Positions 1 through 8,132 of a DNA stretch of 64,000 bases are shown here, piece after piece. Below the pieces are notes generated by a model. It saw nothing but the letters and a program-made list of their open reading frames with translations. It was not told the origin of the DNA and did not search any database. The stretch comes from Cytophagaceae bacterium (GTDB lineage: Bacteria; Bacteroidota; Bacteroidia; Cytophagales; JAIYAX01): positions 38,910 through 102,909 of the forward strand of contig JAIYAX010000023.1 of NCBI GenBank assembly GCA_027488815.1, in the 5' to 3' direction. The position numbers and the translations under genes were made by a program. The stretch's first letter is position 1. Every line of letters starts with the position of its first letter.

Positions 1-1348
1 TCTTTCCACTCATAGAGACTTTGCCTACAAATTGTTCCCGATCGGTCCATTTTCCAAAATCAAACAGGGTAGTAGTCAATGATCCTGAGTAGCGGGTTTC
101 TTCCACTCCTTTCAACTTCAAATTGACATCCGATACCAAATGGCCGAGTTGAGTAGTTAATTCTCCTTTGGCAACAAAGTCATTGATGAAACCAGTAAAA
201 CTAGCCTGACCCTGAATTTGACCTAGTTTTGTCATCATCTGACCATCATTATAGCCAACGTAGGGGAGCAAGTCATCAGATTTCACACTTAAGCTTTTGG
301 CATTCAAGCTTAGAAAGGTCTCTTCGATGGCAGGCAATCCGATGAATTCAAAGTCACCTTTCAACTGACTCCCTTTTCCAAAGCCCAACTTCGCTTCTTT
401 TAATTTCATTCGATCTACGGTACCCTTGAGCTCCCCTGAAAGCCGGTAGATGTCATCATAATCAGCGAAAAATGAATTGAAAACAGCCAGGTCTTTGCTG
501 TGAAGAATGGCACCATCCAGATGGCCTTCCAGTTGTACTTCACTATTAAACTCCTTAAAAGAGCGAATGCTGTCAAAAGTAAAGGCAAGCGAGTCTGACA
601 GGTACGATTGCCCCACCCGAAAGTCGATAGCCTCAAAGAGCATCTTATGGTCGGAGTAGGTATATCGTGTACTTAAGTGATGAGCCTTTAAACCGGATTC
701 ACGATGCCTGCACTCCAGGTGTTTTATGGGAAAAATAAGGGAGTCACTCCAAATTTGAACCTTCTTCATCACCGTTTCAATCGTGTCAATAGAAAAATGG
801 TTTTCATCAAAGGCCTCTCCTGAAGGCCCATTTTGCTCATCATCTAGTTTGAACGTACCTGTTTCAATAAATAAATTGCCAATGCTGATCAGCGACGATG
901 GTTCAGGTCCACTGGAGGGTTTTTCTGAAGCAAACAGATCCAGAAATCCATCCAGATTTAAGGCACCCCGGGTGGAGTCATACTTGAGGTGCAGCCAGGG
1001 TTTTGTAAGCCTGATCTGGTCAAAATTAAGTCCCATACCACTTGCCAGGGCAAACAAAGAAATATCTACCGAGCCTTCTTCAAGATAGATCATTTGTTGT
1101 CCATCGGGCTCATAGATATACACGTTTTCGATACTGAACTTATCGACCCAATCGACCGAAATATGACCAATCATCAGGCGGTAACCTGAATTTGTTGTTA
1201 CTTTTGCGCTTAGGTAGTTCACCAGCCTTGACTGAATGAAAGGCAACTGAATGGCACCGGCCAGCAGAACTGACAAGGCAAGTACCACCGCCATAGCAGA
1301 AACCACCACCTTGAAGAACAACCAAATTGCAGCCTTGACCCTTTTCAT
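1..1348 (-). CDS. tamB: Translocation/assembly module TamB-like (AsmA superfamily) protein, N-terminal part; runs off the window start
   Basis: Not in the ORF track. ATG at 1348 reads MKRVKAAIWLFFKVVSAMAVVLALSVLLAGAIQLPFIQSRLV, an N-terminal anchor followed by a QLPxxQ motif. Divergent from tsaD, as is common in Bacteroidota. Confidence 0.75.
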   Translation of the reverse strand, partial: MKRVKAAIWLFFKVVVSAMAVVLALSVLLAGAIQLPFIQSRLVNYLSAKVTTNSGYRLMIGHISVDWVDKFSIENVYIYEPDGQQMIYLEEGSVDISLFALASGMGLNFDQIRLTKPWLHLKYDSTRGALNLDGFLDLFASEKPSSGPEPSSLISIGNLFIETGTFKLDDEQNGPSGEAFDENHFSIDTIETVMKKVQIWSDSLIFPIKHLECRHRESGLKAHHLSTRYTYSDHKMLFEAIDFRVGQSYLSDSLAFTFDSIRSFKEFNSEVQLEGHLDGAILHSKDLAVFNSFFADYDDIYRLSGELKGTVDRMKLKEAKLGFGKGSQLKGDFEFIGLPAIEETFLSLNAKSLSVKSDDLLPYVGYNDGQMMTKLGQIQGQASFTGFINDFVAKGELTTQLGHLVSDVNLKLKGVEETRYSGSLTTTLFDFGKWTDREQFVGKVSMSGK

Positions 1349-1360
1349 TGAACAGTTCTG

Positions 1361-2368
1361 ATGGCGACTTTCATCCTTGCAATAGAAACCTCCTGCGACG
1401 AAACGTCCGCAGCGGTCATAGGTGATGGCAAAATTTTATCCAATGTTGTTTCTACACAGGCCGATCATAGCAAATATGGGGGAGTAATACCTGAGCTTGC
1501 CTCTCGGGAACATTTGAAAAATATACTACCTGTGGTCAAACAGGCTTTGGAAGAGGCAAAAATAATAAAAAGCAACCTTTCGGCCATTGCGTATACTCAG
1601 GGCCCCGGATTGATAGGGGCTTTGCTGGTGGGGAGCACCTTTGCTCAGGCACTTTCTTTGGCCCTCGGAATCCCCAGTATTGGTATCGATCACATGAAGG
1701 CGCATGTGCTGGCTCATTTCATACGCCCACCCGTACCTGATTACCCATTTCTTTGCCTTACCGTAAGCGGAGGACATACCCAGTTGTTACGAGTGGACTC
1801 CCCTGAGCAAATGCTAGTGCTGGGCACAACACAGGATGATGCTGTTGGGGAGTCTTTCGATAAAATCGGCAAAATGCTTGGGCTGCCGTACCCAGGAGGC
1901 CCTGTGCTTGATCGACTTGGCAGGGGAGGGGATCCACATCGCTTTAAATTCCCTATGGCCAATATGCCGGGTCTGGATTTCTCGTTTTCAGGGGTCAAAA
2001 CAGCAGTCAAGTACTTCCTGAACAAAGAGATTAAGGCCAATCCATCCTTTGTTTCTGAAAATCTGGCCGATCTTTGTGCTTCGGTTCAATTTTGTTTGGT
2101 AGAGACCCTCATGATCAAATTGCAACAAGCTATTGCCGAAACTGGTATCAGAACGGTAGCCATTGCGGGAGGAGTTTCTGCCAACTCAGGCTTGAGGGCA
2201 GCCTTGAATTCCCTGCAAGAAACCGGCTTTTGCACCTCATACATTCCTGAATTAGAGTACTGTACAGATAATGCAGCCATGGTGGCGATGGCAGCCTGGT
2301 TCAGGTATCAATCAGGCTCGTTCACCTCACTGGAAGAACTGCCCTACGCCCGACAAACCCACCGATGA
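1361..2368 (+). CDS. tsaD: tRNA N6-threonylcarbamoyladenosine transferase TsaD
   Basis: ILAIETSCDET, GGVIPELASREH, HMKAH, VSGGHT, DDAVGESFDK, GGVSAN, CTDNAAM motifs. Confidence 0.97.
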   Translation: MATFILAIETSCDETSAAVIGDGKILSNVVSTQADHSKYGGVIPELASREHLKNILPVVKQALEEAKIIKSNLSAIAYTQGPGLIGALLVGSTFAQALSLALGIPSIGIDHMKAHVLAHFIRPPVPDYPFLCLTVSGGHTQLLRVDSPEQMLVLGTTQDDAVGESFDKIGKMLGLPYPGGPVLDRLGRGGDPHRFKFPMANMPGLDFSFSGVKTAVKYFLNKEIKANPSFVSENLADLCASVQFCLVETLMIKLQQAIAETGIRTVAIAGGVSANSGLRAALNSLQETGFCTSYIPELEYCTDNAAMVAMAAWFRYQSGSFTSLEELPYARQTHR

Positions 2369-2754
2369 TTCTTAAATTTTCAAAAGGAGACACGAAAACT
2401 CATCTTTACCAGGTACGCCCGCAGGACACTGCACGCTTTGAGGCTGGAGAAGTGCATTCTGTTTGTAGTACTTTTGTACTTGCACGTGAAATGGAGTGGG
2501 CAGGCAGATTGTTTGTTTTGGAAATGAAAGAGGCAGAAGAGGAAGGGATAGGTACCCGAATTGAACTGAAACACCGAAGCCCGGCAGCTGTTGGGACTAC
2601 CCTTAGGTTTGAAGCTGAGTATCAGGGTCTTGAAAAAGAAGAAATTCTGGTACAGATTCGGGTGTTTGCAGAAAACCGCCTGGTCGCAGAAGGACTTACC
2701 GGACAGCGCATTATGCCCAAAGAGAAAATAAAGGAGTTGTTCTCAAAAATATGA
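2365..2754 (+). CDS. Hot-dog fold thioesterase, fluoroacetyl-CoA thioesterase (FlK)-like
   Basis: VCSTFVLAREME, GIGTRIELKH (Thr/Glu/His triad pattern); overlaps the tsaD stop. Confidence 0.8.
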   Translation: MILKFSKGDTKTHLYQVRPQDTARFEAGEVHSVCSTFVLAREMEWAGRLFVLEMKEAEEEGIGTRIELKHRSPAAVGTTLRFEAEYQGLEKEEILVQIRVFAENRLVAEGLTGQRIMPKEKIKELFSKI

Positions 2755-2773
2755 GAGCAAAGGAGATTAAACT

Positions 2774-3241
2774 ATGTCCACGAAACTAACATTTGAGCGT
2801 AACATCAGCATTAAAAACAAACGGGCTTCGTTTGAGTACGCTTTGTTGGACCATTGGACAGCTGGAATGGTGCTCACGGGTACTGAAATCAAATCCATCA
2901 GAATGGGCAAGGTCGACTTGAGTGATGCCTTTTGCTTTTATGACGGTACTGAGCTGTTTGTAAAAGATTTGTTCATTTCACCCTATGAAAAAGGGGGGAA
3001 TTGGCTCAATCATGAAGGGAAGCGTACCCGCAAACTCTTGTTGAACAGACAGGAATTGAAAAAATTAAGCTTGAAACTGAAAGATGTAGGCCTTACCATT
3101 ATCCCAACCCGGCTTTTTATCAATGATCGTGGAGTTGCCAAGCTGGACATCGCCCTGGCTAAAGGAAAAAAACTCCATGACAAGCGGGAAAGTCTGAAGG
3201 AGAAAGACCAATTGAGAGAAGTCAGCAGAAATTTCAGATAA
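2774..3241 (+). CDS. smpB: SsrA-binding protein SmpB
   Basis: NKRASFEY, AGMVLTGTEIKSIR, RKLLL, AKGKKLHDKRE. Confidence 0.98.
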   Translation: MSTKLTFERNISIKNKRASFEYALLDHWTAGMVLTGTEIKSIRMGKVDLSDAFCFYDGTELFVKDLFISPYEKGGNWLNHEGKRTRKLLLNRQELKKLSLKLKDVGLTIIPTRLFINDRGVAKLDIALAKGKKLHDKRESLKEKDQLREVSRNFR

Positions 3242-3248
3242 GTGGTTT

Positions 3249-4046
3249 ATGAATTACGGTATTTGCCACCTCTCCATCATTCCTTTACGTGCTGAGCCAT
3301 CTCATCGCTCGGAAATGGTTTCTCAACTGTTATTCGGAGAGAGCTATCGCATCGTGGGTAAAGATGCAAGCTCAGATTGGGCTCATATCTTCGCCAATGT
3401 CGATATGTATGAGGGTTGGATACCCTACAGTCAGGTGATGGAAATCAGTTCTTCACAGTTTCTGGAGGCCTCCGGAACAGGAGCATGTCTGCTTGAAAAC
3501 GCTATGGTTAGTAGCGAGGGAGTTTCTTTTCAGTTGTTCCGGGGCTCATTTCTTCCTTTTCTGAAAGGGGATTACATTACCCTGGGCAAACAGAAAATCA
3601 GGATCCAGTCAGCCCCGATTGGTCCTATCTCTTTTGATCTGGAAAGGCTAAGAGGAGTGGCATTGTCCTTTTTACACAGCCCTTATCTATGGGGAGGCAA
3701 AACCAGTGCGGGGATTGATTGCTCAGGGTTTATCCAGATTCTGTTTCGATTATTTGATGTCTCCTTGCCCAGAGATGCCTGGCAACAGGCTTGCATCGGT
3801 GAAAAAGTAGAAGGAATTCGTGAAACCAGAACCGGTGATTTATTGTTTTTCAAAAATACTGAAGGACGAATTGTACACGTTGGAATGGTATTGGAAAAAG
3901 GCTCGGTAATACATGCCTCCGACCATGTACATGTTGATTTGTTCGATGAATTAGGAATTTTCAGCAAAGAGCGAAATATTTACACGCACCATTTAGCCCA
4001 TATCAGAAGAGTAAGTAGTTATGTCGAGAAAAGTGCTAGTGCTTAA
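3249..4046 (+). CDS. SH3 + NlpC/P60 (C40) cell-wall peptidase
   Basis: N-terminal PLRAEPSHRSEMVSQLLFGE; PYLWGG, GIDCSG, LPRDA, HVG, HAS. Confidence 0.92.
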   Translation: MNYGICHLSIIPLRAEPSHRSEMVSQLLFGESYRIVGKDASSDWAHIFANVDMYEGWIPYSQVMEISSSQFLEASGTGACLLENAMVSSEGVSFQLFRGSFLPFLKGDYITLGKQKIRIQSAPIGPISFDLERLRGVALSFLHSPYLWGGKTSAGIDCSGFIQILFRLFDVSLPRDAWQQACIGEKVEGIRETRTGDLLFFKNTEGRIVHVGMVLEKGSVIHASDHVHVDLFDELGIFSKERNIYTHHLAHIRRVSSYVEKSASA

Positions 4047-4533
4047 TCAGGACTATTCAGCCCTTACTTTGTGCACAGTACCCAAAGCTTTTATCTTACT
4101 ATTTCTTAACAAAGCTGAGCTTGTAAATGAGGTTGAGAATCACTATCTACATACCATTTCCAGCAGGTATCCGATGCCTTCTGTCATTCGACTGTTCAGC
4201 TATATCCATTTGCCATACAAGGGGGTAGTGCTCACCCGGCAGAATATTTTCAAAAGGGATAATTTTCAATGCCAATACTGCACCATAGACCAAGACCTTA
4301 CTTTAGACCATGTGTTGCCACGATCCAGAGGCGGAAAGAGCAGCTGGGATAATTTGGTAACAGCTTGTAAAATGTGCAACTCCAGAAAAGGAGATTATAC
4401 CCCGGAAGAAGCCAGTATGCCATTGCTGAACTCTCCCTTTAAACCCTCTTTTGTCCTTTTTTTAAGAGAGTTCAACGGCGCCTTTGATGAAAATTGGGCC
4501 CCGTACCTGGGCTCCAAAATGAAATATTCCTAG
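4021..4533 (+). CDS. HNH endonuclease (McrA-like)
   Basis: VLVLNQDY, RDNFQCQYC, TLDHVLPRSRGG, NLVTACKMCNSRKG. Confidence 0.92.
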   Translation: MSRKVLVLNQDYSALTLCTVPKAFILLFLNKAELVNEVENHYLHTISSRYPMPSVIRLFSYIHLPYKGVVLTRQNIFKRDNFQCQYCTIDQDLTLDHVLPRSRGGKSSWDNLVTACKMCNSRKGDYTPEEASMPLLNSPFKPSFVLFLREFNGAFDENWAPYLGSKMKYS

Positions 4534-4560
4534 GCAAAAACTCAGATTAGCTTTTTTTAC

Positions 4561-4568
4561 TACCTTTG
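4561..4568 (+). promoter_or_regulatory. Bacteroidota sigma70 -7 box upstream of rpsA
   Basis: TACCTTTG matches TAnnTTTG, about 100 nt before the rpsA ATG. Confidence 0.7.
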
Positions 4569-4667
4569 CGCTCCTTTCCGCTGAGTGGGAGGGAATTTAT
4601 TTATTGTTTCACAAATGAAGCAGATTCGGGCCCGGAGTTCTGCTTTGTAAACCCGGGCAAATTTAAC

Positions 4668-6512
4668 ATGACGGAACCTTTAAAAGATTTTGATTGGGAC
4701 AAATTTGATGTCAAAGGATTTGGCGGAAACTACAACCAGTCAGAGAAAACAGGGCTTTTGGAACTTTACGGAGAAACCGTAAACGAAATCGCCGAGAAAC
4801 AGGTAGTACAAGGCACAATCGTGCAAATCACCGACCGGGATGTAATCCTGAACATCGGGTTTAAGTCAGATGGCCTGGTACCATTGGCTGAATTCAAAGA
4901 AATGGAGAATCTCAAAATCGGAGACATCGTTGATGTTTTCGTTGAGAACCGTGAAGATAAAACAGGTCAGTTGATCCTCTCCCGCAGAAAAGCCAAGATT
5001 TTCAGAGCTTGGGATATGATTCAAGAATCTTTGGAGAAAGACCTGATCATCGAAGGATTTGTAAAACGCAGAACCAAAGGTGGTCTTATTGTAGACATTT
5101 ATGGAGTAGAGGCCTTCCTGCCCGGCTCACAGATCGATGTTAAGCCTATCAGAGACTTTGACATTTTCGTGGGTAAGAAAATGGAAGTGAAAATTGTGAA
5201 GATCAACCACACCAACGATAACGTGGTCGTATCTCACAAAGTACTGATTGAGAAAGATATTGAAGCACAAAAGGCAGGTATCCTGAACAACCTCGAAAAA
5301 GGTCAGGTGCTCGAAGGTGTGATCAAGAACATGACCAATTTCGGTGTATTCATCGATCTTGGAGGTGTGGATGGACTATTGCACATTACAGACATCAGCT
5401 GGGGCCGTATATCTCATCCGGAAGAAGTATTGCAGCTTGACCAGAAAGTCAACATTGTAGTGCTTGATTTTGATGATGAGAAAAAGCGTATCTCACTCGG
5501 CATGAAGCAACTACAGCCTCATCCATGGGACTCTTTGCCGGAAGAGATTCAAGCAGGTTCCAAAGTGAAAGGCAAAATCGTAAACGTTGCCGACTACGGA
5601 GCATTTCTGGAGTTGATGCAAGGTGTAGAAGGGCTTATCCACGTTTCAGAAATGTCATGGTCTCAGCATCTGCGTAACCCACAAGACTTCCTGAAGGTAA
5701 GTGATGAAATCGAAGCAGTCGTGTTAACCATCGATCGTGATGAGCGCAAAATGTCACTGGGCATCAAGCAACTCAGCGAAGATCCTTGGAACAAGCAGGA
5801 TGTGTTGGTGAAGTACGGAGTAGGTACACACCACAAAGGCATCGTTCGTAATCTGACAAGCTTTGGTTTGTTTATCGAATTGGAAGAAGGAATTGATGGA
5901 CTGGTGCACGTTTCAGACTTGTCCTGGACTAAGAAAATCAAGCACCCTTCAGAATTCATCAAAGTAGGAGAGGAGCTTGAAGTGGTTGTTCTGGAACTTG
6001 ATGTTGCCAATAAGAGGCTGGCACTTGGCCATAAGCAGCTTGAGGAAAACCCTTGGGATACGTTTGAGACCATCTTTACCCCTCATAGTGTTCATAAAGC
6101 GACCGTGATCCAAAAGACAGACAAAGGAGCCATTCTCGAACTGCCTTACGGACTTGAAGGATATGTAACCCTAAAGAACATTGTTGCAGAAGATGGTACA
6201 ACTGTTGATGTAGGTGATGCTTCTGACTTCAGGGTACTCGAGTTTAACAAAGATGATCGTAGAATCATCCTGACCCGTAACCGTATTCACCAATCAGCCC
6301 CCGAAGATCAGGGAGCCAAGAAGGGTAAGAAGGAAGGACGTAAATCTGATAAACCACAGAATGTAGAAGCAAAATCTACCTTGGGAGATTTACAAGCACT
6401 GTCTGATTTGAAAGATCAGATGATGGGCGGCGACTTCAAAAAGGCTGAAAAGCCGGCAAAGAAAACCACCAAGAAAAAGGTGGCTGAGGCCGAAGATGAC
6501 GAGGATATGTAG
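4668..6512 (+). CDS. rpsA: 30S ribosomal protein S1
   Basis: Tandem S1 repeats (FGVFIDLGGVDGLLH, YGAFLEL..GVEGLIHVSE). Start placed at ATG 4668 because the track's TTG 4566 lies inside the promoter box. Confidence 0.97.
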   Translation: MTEPLKDFDWDKFDVKGFGGNYNQSEKTGLLELYGETVNEIAEKQVVQGTIVQITDRDVILNIGFKSDGLVPLAEFKEMENLKIGDIVDVFVENREDKTGQLILSRRKAKIFRAWDMIQESLEKDLIIEGFVKRRTKGGLIVDIYGVEAFLPGSQIDVKPIRDFDIFVGKKMEVKIVKINHTNDNVVVSHKVLIEKDIEAQKAGILNNLEKGQVLEGVIKNMTNFGVFIDLGGVDGLLHITDISWGRISHPEEVLQLDQKVNIVVLDFDDEKKRISLGMKQLQPHPWDSLPEEIQAGSKVKGKIVNVADYGAFLELMQGVEGLIHVSEMSWSQHLRNPQDFLKVSDEIEAVVLTIDRDERKMSLGIKQLSEDPWNKQDVLVKYGVGTHHKGIVRNLTSFGLFIELEEGIDGLVHVSDLSWTKKIKHPSEFIKVGEELEVVVLELDVANKRLALGHKQLEENPWDTFETIFTPHSVHKATVIQKTDKGAILELPYGLEGYVTLKNIVAEDGTTVDVGDASDFRVLEFNKDDRRIILTRNRIHQSAPEDQGAKKGKKEGRKSDKPQNVEAKSTLGDLQALSDLKDQMMGGDFKKAEKPAKKTTKKKVAEAEDDEDM

Positions 6513-6540
6513 TTGAACATCTGACCCTTTACGGGTCAAT

Positions 6541-6611
6541 GGTCCTGTGGCCGAGTGGCTAGGCAGAGGTCTGCAAAACCTTTTACAGCGGTTCGAATCC
6601 GCTCGGGACCT
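6541..6611 (+). tRNA. tRNA-Cys (GCA)
   Basis: Acceptor GGTCCTG/CGGGACC, anticodon arm GAGGT-CTGCAAA-ACCTT, T-arm GGTTCGAATCC, U discriminator; CCA not encoded. Confidence 0.96.
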
Positions 6612-6612
6612 C

Positions 6613-6645
6613 AAAAGCCCCCGATCCTTTCGGGGGCTTTTTTTT
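6613..6645 (+). terminator. Rho-independent terminator after rpsA/tRNA-Cys
   Basis: AGCCCCCGA...TCGGGGGCT hairpin followed by a T run. Confidence 0.9.
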
Positions 6646-6711
6646 ACCCTTCAACCTTACATTTGGCCGATAAAATGAACTGTAAAAACAGTTAATTTGT
6701 ACTGATTCTGG

Positions 6712-6744
6712 TTTGGAATTGTGAACATCTCGATACTACATTTG
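6712..6744 (+). promoter_or_regulatory. Promoter of the act/cox operon
   Basis: TTTG (6712-6715), 21-nt spacer, TACATTTG (6737-6744): full Bacteroidota -33/-7 consensus. Confidence 0.75.
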
Positions 6745-6774
6745 TGCCACCTGTAAAAACCCCAACACAGCGCA

Positions 6775-8094
6775 ATGACTGATCATTCGATTAAAAGAAC
6801 CTTAGACCTCAAGTTTGTAAGGTTACTTCCCGCTATTGCACTTCTTTTATTCTCACTCAGTTCCGCTACTGCACAAGATACAGCTCAGGCTGCACCTCCC
6901 GCAGAAGCTACGGCATCGGCAGCAGTTGCCCCTTCAGCCGATGGAATTCCTGCAGATGAAGCGGTCATTACTTCCGGCAGAGCGCTGTATGAGAATAACT
7001 GTACCCAGTGCCATGCATTCAACGAAGTAGTGGTTGGGCCTGCCCTGAAGGATGCCCATACCCGCTGGAAGTTGAATAACATGATCAGCTTCATTCGATA
7101 TCCTCAAAAGTATATCGAGACCTCCAGAGACAAATATGCCCAAGGCTTATATGCTCAGTATAAGCAATACATGCCCAATCATGACTTCCTCTCCGAAGCC
7201 GAGGTATTATCCCTTGTTGCTTATATCAAGGCGGAAAGTGTAAAACCAGCCGCTGCTCCTGATAAAATTGCGGGACCTCCCATCTTTCCTCCACCAACCA
7301 AGGATTCAGGAGTATCAAACGAGCTGGTAAGCCTCATTTTTGCCATCCTCATCTTTGTCCTGTTTGTTTTTCTTGTCATTCTCGTTTTCCTGATCAATAT
7401 CCTCAAGAGGTTTATTGAGAATAAAGAGGGAGTTCCGGATGATGAAAAAGCGTTGGTTGATCAAAAATTCGACCTGGCTGCCTTTTTCAAAAGCTCATTT
7501 TTCAGAACATCCGTTACCGTTATTGCGCTGTTGTTTATCAGCAAGGTAGCGTTTGATAGTATTATCAATATTGGAATTCAGCAGGGGTATTCTCCAAAAC
7601 AGCCAATCGCTTTTTCACATAAATTGCATGCCGGAGAATATCAGATTGATTGTAACTATTGTCATACAGGTGCCAAGAAAGGCAAAGCAGCAGTGATCCC
7701 TTCTGCGAATGTGTGTATGAATTGCCACAATGCCATTAAGCCAGAATCACCTGAGATCAAAAAGATTTACGCTGCCATAGAAAAGGATCAGCCAATTGAG
7801 TGGGTGAGGATCCATAACCTGCCTGACCATGCTTATTTCAATCATGCCCAGCACGTTACCGTTGGGGGCTTAGAGTGTCAGAACTGCCATGGCCAAATTC
7901 AGGAAATGGAAGTAGTACAGCAATACTCTCCGCTCACCATGGGTTGGTGTATAAACTGTCACAGGGAAACAGCGGTAAACGCAGAAAACAATGCTTACTA
8001 TGATAAAATGGTAAGCCTGCACAAAACAGTCTCCAAGCAGCCTATGAAAGTAAAAGACATAGGAGGTCTGGAATGCGCCAAATGTCACTATTGA
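6775..8094 (+). CDS. actA: Alternative complex III subunit ActA (monoheme + pentaheme cytochrome c)
   Basis: Six CxxCH motifs (CTQCH; CNYCH, CMNCH, CQNCH, CINCH, CAKCH); QPIAFSHKLH. Confidence 0.93.
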   Translation: MTDHSIKRTLDLKFVRLLPAIALLLFSLSSATAQDTAQAAPPAEATASAAVAPSADGIPADEAVITSGRALYENNCTQCHAFNEVVVGPALKDAHTRWKLNNMISFIRYPQKYIETSRDKYAQGLYAQYKQYMPNHDFLSEAEVLSLVAYIKAESVKPAAAPDKIAGPPIFPPPTKDSGVSNELVSLIFAILIFVLFVFLVILVFLINILKRFIENKEGVPDDEKALVDQKFDLAAFFKSSFFRTSVTVIALLFISKVAFDSIINIGIQQGYSPKQPIAFSHKLHAGEYQIDCNYCHTGAKKGKAAVIPSANVCMNCHNAIKPESPEIKKIYAAIEKDQPIEWVRIHNLPDHAYFNHAQHVTVGGLECQNCHGQIQEMEVVQQYSPLTMGWCINCHRETAVNAENNAYYDKMVSLHKTVSKQPMKVKDIGGLECAKCHY

Positions 8095-8132
8095 TCCGGT
8101 AAATCAGCCTATTTAAGCACAGCCATCAATCT

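Noticed and set aside
415-1325. Four short track ORFs at the window start
   Set aside because: Shadow frames of the long minus-strand tamB-like gene
4566-4667. N-terminal extension of RpsA from TTG 4566
   Set aside because: The TTG is part of the -7 box; the region is better explained as a leader
6720-6735. CRP/FNR-like site upstream of actA (TGTGA-N6-CGATA)
   Set aside because: The second half-site is too poor
6541-6775. Integrated element at tRNA-Cys
   Set aside because: The tRNA is followed directly by a terminator and the act promoter; I saw no integrase or duplicated tRNA 3' end
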